Part shown: one piece after another, positions 60,382-64,000 of the stretch
Layout: the number at the start of each line of letters is the position of its first letter
How positions within the stretch are numbered: the stretch's first letter is position 1
DNA from: Babesia bigemina
Lineage: Eukaryota
Direction: 5' to 3'
DNA: 64,000 nucleotides
NCBI RefSeq assembly: GCF_000981445.1
Contig: NC_027217.1
Span: forward strand, 744,001-808,000
Made by a program: the position numbers and the translations under genes
The notes under the pieces: model-generated
Told to the model about the DNA's origin: nothing
Seen by the model: the letters and a program-made list of their open reading frames with translations, nothing else
Databases searched by the model: none

Positions 60382-61509
60382 GACTGCGTCGTGAGTCATA
60401 TGAGGGTAAGAAGATACACCGTGGCAAACGGCAAAGGGTGCGTCGTAAGTCGAGCGCAGTTCCACCGAGCTACTGGGTGGTGTGTCTAAATGGCTTCCTG
60501 CACGGCTCAAGGAGATGTGTATGACGCGCAGTCTCCGACAAACTTCAAGGAAGCATAATAAAGACGCACATCTGCAATTTATGGAATCTGAATCTGGGAT
60601 CAGTCACCGCTTTGCGCGCTTGCAATGATGGCAGTAAATACGAGCCCTCAAGTTAGGTGAAATCACGCTGCAGTGACCATTTAGTTACCACGTCGTCACA
60701 GCGACGAAATTACCGCTAGTAGACATACCAAGCATCTTAAACGAAGCTTGCACATTCACATGGCCGAGGCAGCCACGCAAACGCTAAATCGACAGCCATG
60801 TAACTCATGGCCAGCCCAGACACTAAAACGCAAACGACTACTGCCTAATAGGCAGATGAGCTGGAGAGAGATGGCTTAGTATGTGTATGAGCTTCGGGAA
60901 AACACACTCATCACGCCCATACGTAGATTACATCCGTTACACAGTCTAGAAAGACACGTAATTGACGCTTATAATTACGTATCCAAATACCATAGCTCTG
61001 CGGTTAAGCTTTCATGCTGGCGTTTAAGGATCTGTGCGCTGCTTGACACACCCCGGCGCTGGCGCAACTGGGCTCTCAAGCGTCAGGGTATCTTTTGATT
61101 TTAGCGCAGATTGCGTAGGTGAGATAGGACGGTGGTTCGTCTGTTGCCGACATTAAAAACAACGTGAACCGTGCCGGTTTGGCAGTGATGTGTTCGGAGG
61201 GTCCTGATAACGGGGATGTGTAGAGATGCGTCTGCCATCCGTGGATCCAGACGGCGGGGTGGGTTCCATTAGTATAAATATGTGAATTTTTAATGCGTAT
61301 AAGTATTGTATCAAAAGATTATATTTGAGAGCCTGTGTTCTGGCGACCGTCTGCTTGTCTAGGCTGGTCAGCGGACTAGGCTTCGTCAACCGCCTTTACC
61401 TTTTAGAGGTAAGGTTCGCTGTGGATTTCATTAACGGCGGCTTGGTCTTACATTGATATACGCCGCGTCGTCTCGTCAGTGCCACTTCCAAGGTCTGTAT
61501 TAGCAGCGG

Positions 61510-63018
61510 ATGTCGACAGGCATGGCGACAGACGTGAGGCCAGTCAACAATGCCGCCTACCGGGGGCGCAACATGGAGCGCATATACCCGCTCATTCTTT
61601 GCGCTTGTCGGTTTGTGCTCTCGCTAACACAGTTCTCGGTCGCCATGGACACGTTCGTGCTGCTCAGGGAGATGAACAGGATGCCGGAGTACGACTACGA
61701 CATGTCGTTCAATGACCTCGCCAGCACAGCGCAGGACTACGACTGGGTTCCGACGTACCCAAAGTCCGGTTCCATGCCGTCGAACTACGGGCAAAACAAG
61801 CTGTTCAACCTCTTCATCATCAGGCTGACGCATTTCCTTCACCGCCAGTTGGGGCAGTTGGTCATCTATCCGTCGACGCTATCTCTGTTTTTCATGACCA
61901 TTCTCAGCGTGTACGATTTATTCGAGTTCTTGCAGAAGCGCTGGTCACCCGTCAGAGTCCGGAGGTTGGGGGCTCTGATGCAGAAAATCTTCTACTACAC
62001 CACGTTTCTTGTGATCACGGTGCAGCTTGTGACGATGATGTACGAGAGCAGCGAGATATGCCACATGGAGATTTTGTACCCGTACCTCTTCCGTTTCCGC
62101 AGTAACACTAAGGTGCACCAGATGCTGATAGATGGCGGGGTGCGTTCGCTGAAGGGTCGTCTGGTGGCGTGCATCCTGTTTAATCTGGGTTCGCTGGTGC
62201 CGGATACGTACCTGATTTTGGTTCGTACGCTGCAGCCGCTTCGTTTGTACGTGATTATTAACGCATTGAAGGTGGCTGGTGGCACGCTGTTATTCTCCAC
62301 GTTCATCACGATCTGCATCGTCAGATACTTCATCAACGCAGGGACAGACCCCAGGCTCTTTGCGGACGACACGCCCTCGCAGCTGATGAACAAAGGCGTG
62401 GCTGTGGACCCGAGCGTCGCCAACACCTCCTTCATTTCGGACAACCTTAAATACCTCCCCGTGTACAATCTCAAGGATACTGTCTACTCGCGCGTGGCGC
62501 GCACCGTTGCGGGCATGGAAAAGAACAAGCTGTCGGTGCCAGACTTCCTAAAGACGCCTGCCTCAAAACCAACCGAGGCGGCGGTTACCTTCCAGAACAA
62601 GCTGGCGATATACAACTTCATCCGCAGCAACATTGCGCAGGTTGTGACGACCTTGGATGTTGTTTTATACCAATCGCTGTATCTGACGGTCGTGTGCATG
62701 GCGCTGGGTCTGTACGGGTTCGTGCTCGTCATCAAGCGCCACAAGCTCATTTTGTACGTCAACTTTATGGTGGACGTCATTGCCGCGTGCGTACACGCAT
62801 GTCACGCGCTGATGCTGATGTACGGGATGCAAGTCGCCGAATACTTCTGCGGGATAGACGTGTACATGCCTGCGGAGGGGACGCTGAGCCTGGGCACCAA
62901 GGCCGTCTTCACGTGGATGTGCAGGAGCAAGGCCCTGTACATCCTGATGTTCGTCATCGCAATAATAGAGGCTGCGCTGTCAGTCACGGACTGCGTAGCG
63001 CTATATCTTTTATGGTGA
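61510..63018 (+). CDS. Hypothetical polytopic membrane protein (502 aa)
   Basis: Single long ORF with coding-like codon bias and about 8 hydrophobic segments. Confidence 0.8.
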   Translation: MSTGMATDVRPVNNAAYRGRNMERIYPLILCACRFVLSLTQFSVAMDTFVLLREMNRMPEYDYDMSFNDLASTAQDYDWVPTYPKSGSMPSNYGQNKLFNLFIIRLTHFLHRQLGQLVIYPSTLSLFFMTILSVYDLFEFLQKRWSPVRVRRLGALMQKIFYYTTFLVITVQLVTMMYESSEICHMEILYPYLFRFRSNTKVHQMLIDGGVRSLKGRLVACILFNLGSLVPDTYLILVRTLQPLRLYVIINALKVAGGTLLFSTFITICIVRYFINAGTDPRLFADDTPSQLMNKGVAVDPSVANTSFISDNLKYLPVYNLKDTVYSRVARTVAGMEKNKLSVPDFLKTPASKPTEAAVTFQNKLAIYNFIRSNIAQVVTTLDVVLYQSLYLTVVCMALGLYGFVLVIKRHKLILYVNFMVDVIAACVHACHALMLMYGMQVAEYFCGIDVYMPAEGTLSLGTKAVFTWMCRSKALYILMFVIAIIEAALSVTDCVALYLLW

Positions 63019-63972
63019 TAACAGTTTTGTTAAGTGTTCGATAAAGTTGCTCTGGCGTACGCCGTCGAGCCTCCGTTTAACCTGCGACAGGCCGTACATC
63101 AGCGTAGCCCAATCTTTGAGCTCCTGGTAGAGGAACATGTCACCTTTGTAGCTGCGCGTTCATGCTTCGGCTTCGAGTCTCACCTACCATGTGGCGTGCA
63201 CTGAGTCAACGTCGTCCACGGCGCTGTGTATGCACCATCGCAACGCTCGCTGTATAAAACTTTGGGGTGGCAGCTTCTCCCTCTGGAACGGCAGGTCTGC
63301 GACGTAAACTACTGTCGGCACGGCGGCGACGTTATACCGGTGACACAGCCCGTCGCTCAGTTTTCCGTCGTTGCAGTTCACCTTAACGAACTTGACGTTC
63401 CGCTTCTCTTGCTCGAATTGTTGCGATAGTGTTAGAAACAGGTGCATGAACTGGCTGCAGGAGATGTATTTATGGACCAAACGTGCATACAAAGTCGCAA
63501 TGAGCAACGCGTTGATAACATCAGAAACCACCCGGCGGCGCAACACCCAAGGGGATATGCCGCTCATGAAACGATTGCAAATAACCAAAAATCTTGTACT
63601 GTCATACACGTGTTAATCTCATGTTGCAGATAGAAATGCATTGTTTTGAGCATCATTAGCGCAAAAGCATGGTATGCGGCTTAGTAGCACGTCGACCTAC
63701 CGGCATCCGAAATGAAGCGGAACATAGAAGAGAACAATGTGGTCAATTGGCGGCGCATTCCTCAGAATCTCCTCCGCTTGCCGCCACGACATCTCTGAAA
63801 TGTTGGACTGCAGCCGCAGCGGCGCTTGCAGCGCTCCAGCGGCTACATCGCCCCGTACGACACCTAGGTTATGATCGATTCCTTGTATTCCAACGGTTCC
63901 ACAGATACCTGCGACGTCATGATTTGACCTTTCCAGAAGTGTATACAACGCATATATCTCTGGCCATAGGCG
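63010..63972 (-). CDS. Thioredoxin-fold protein lacking CxxC, multi-exon; 5' end probably beyond the window
   Basis: IVLFYVPLHFGC, VKFVKVNCN..LCHRYNVAAVPTVVYV and last exon YKGDMFLYQELKDW..LLSP*. Confidence 0.7.
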
Positions 63973-64000
63973 CTACTCATTGGAAGGCTGCCCTGTGCTT

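Noticed and set aside
63521..63656. Possible C/D snoRNA in the long thioredoxin-gene intron (AUGAUGC ... CUGA)
   Set aside because: Imperfect C box, no terminal stem, and no recognisable rRNA-complementary guide.

Overview
Eukaryotic, intron-containing DNA with a gene set typical of apicomplexans (GAP40, apicortin, ApiAP2, Puf) and a ves-family-like gene. It is most likely from a Babesia species (inference). Two gene-dense, GC3-rich housekeeping blocks (about 0.5-26.5 kb and 39-64 kb; mostly 35-45 nt GT-AG introns) flank a gene-poor, more AT-rich accessory island (about 26.7-39 kb). The island holds lineage-specific secreted/membrane genes, a VESA-like repeat protein and a decayed 6-Cys-like pseudogene. 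Highlights: (1) a complete box H/ACA snoRNA candidate in eIF3b intron 1, whose first pocket matches the conserved 18S site equivalent to yeast U1187 and whose second pocket may bind the 18S 3' end; (2) RRN3 with an inserted DCL/DUF3223-like domain; (3) a CENP-C-like protein whose stop codon interlocks with that of a Walker-A-degenerate RAD51 paralog; (4) a roughly 2,640-aa secreted protein built of beta-grasp-like repeats; (5) a PARP/ART-like + B-box + coiled-coil protein; (6) several gene pairs with near-zero or overlapping ends. All assignments come from manual motif recognition and splice inference; no database searches were run. No tRNA, rRNA, CRISPR array or mobile element was recognised.
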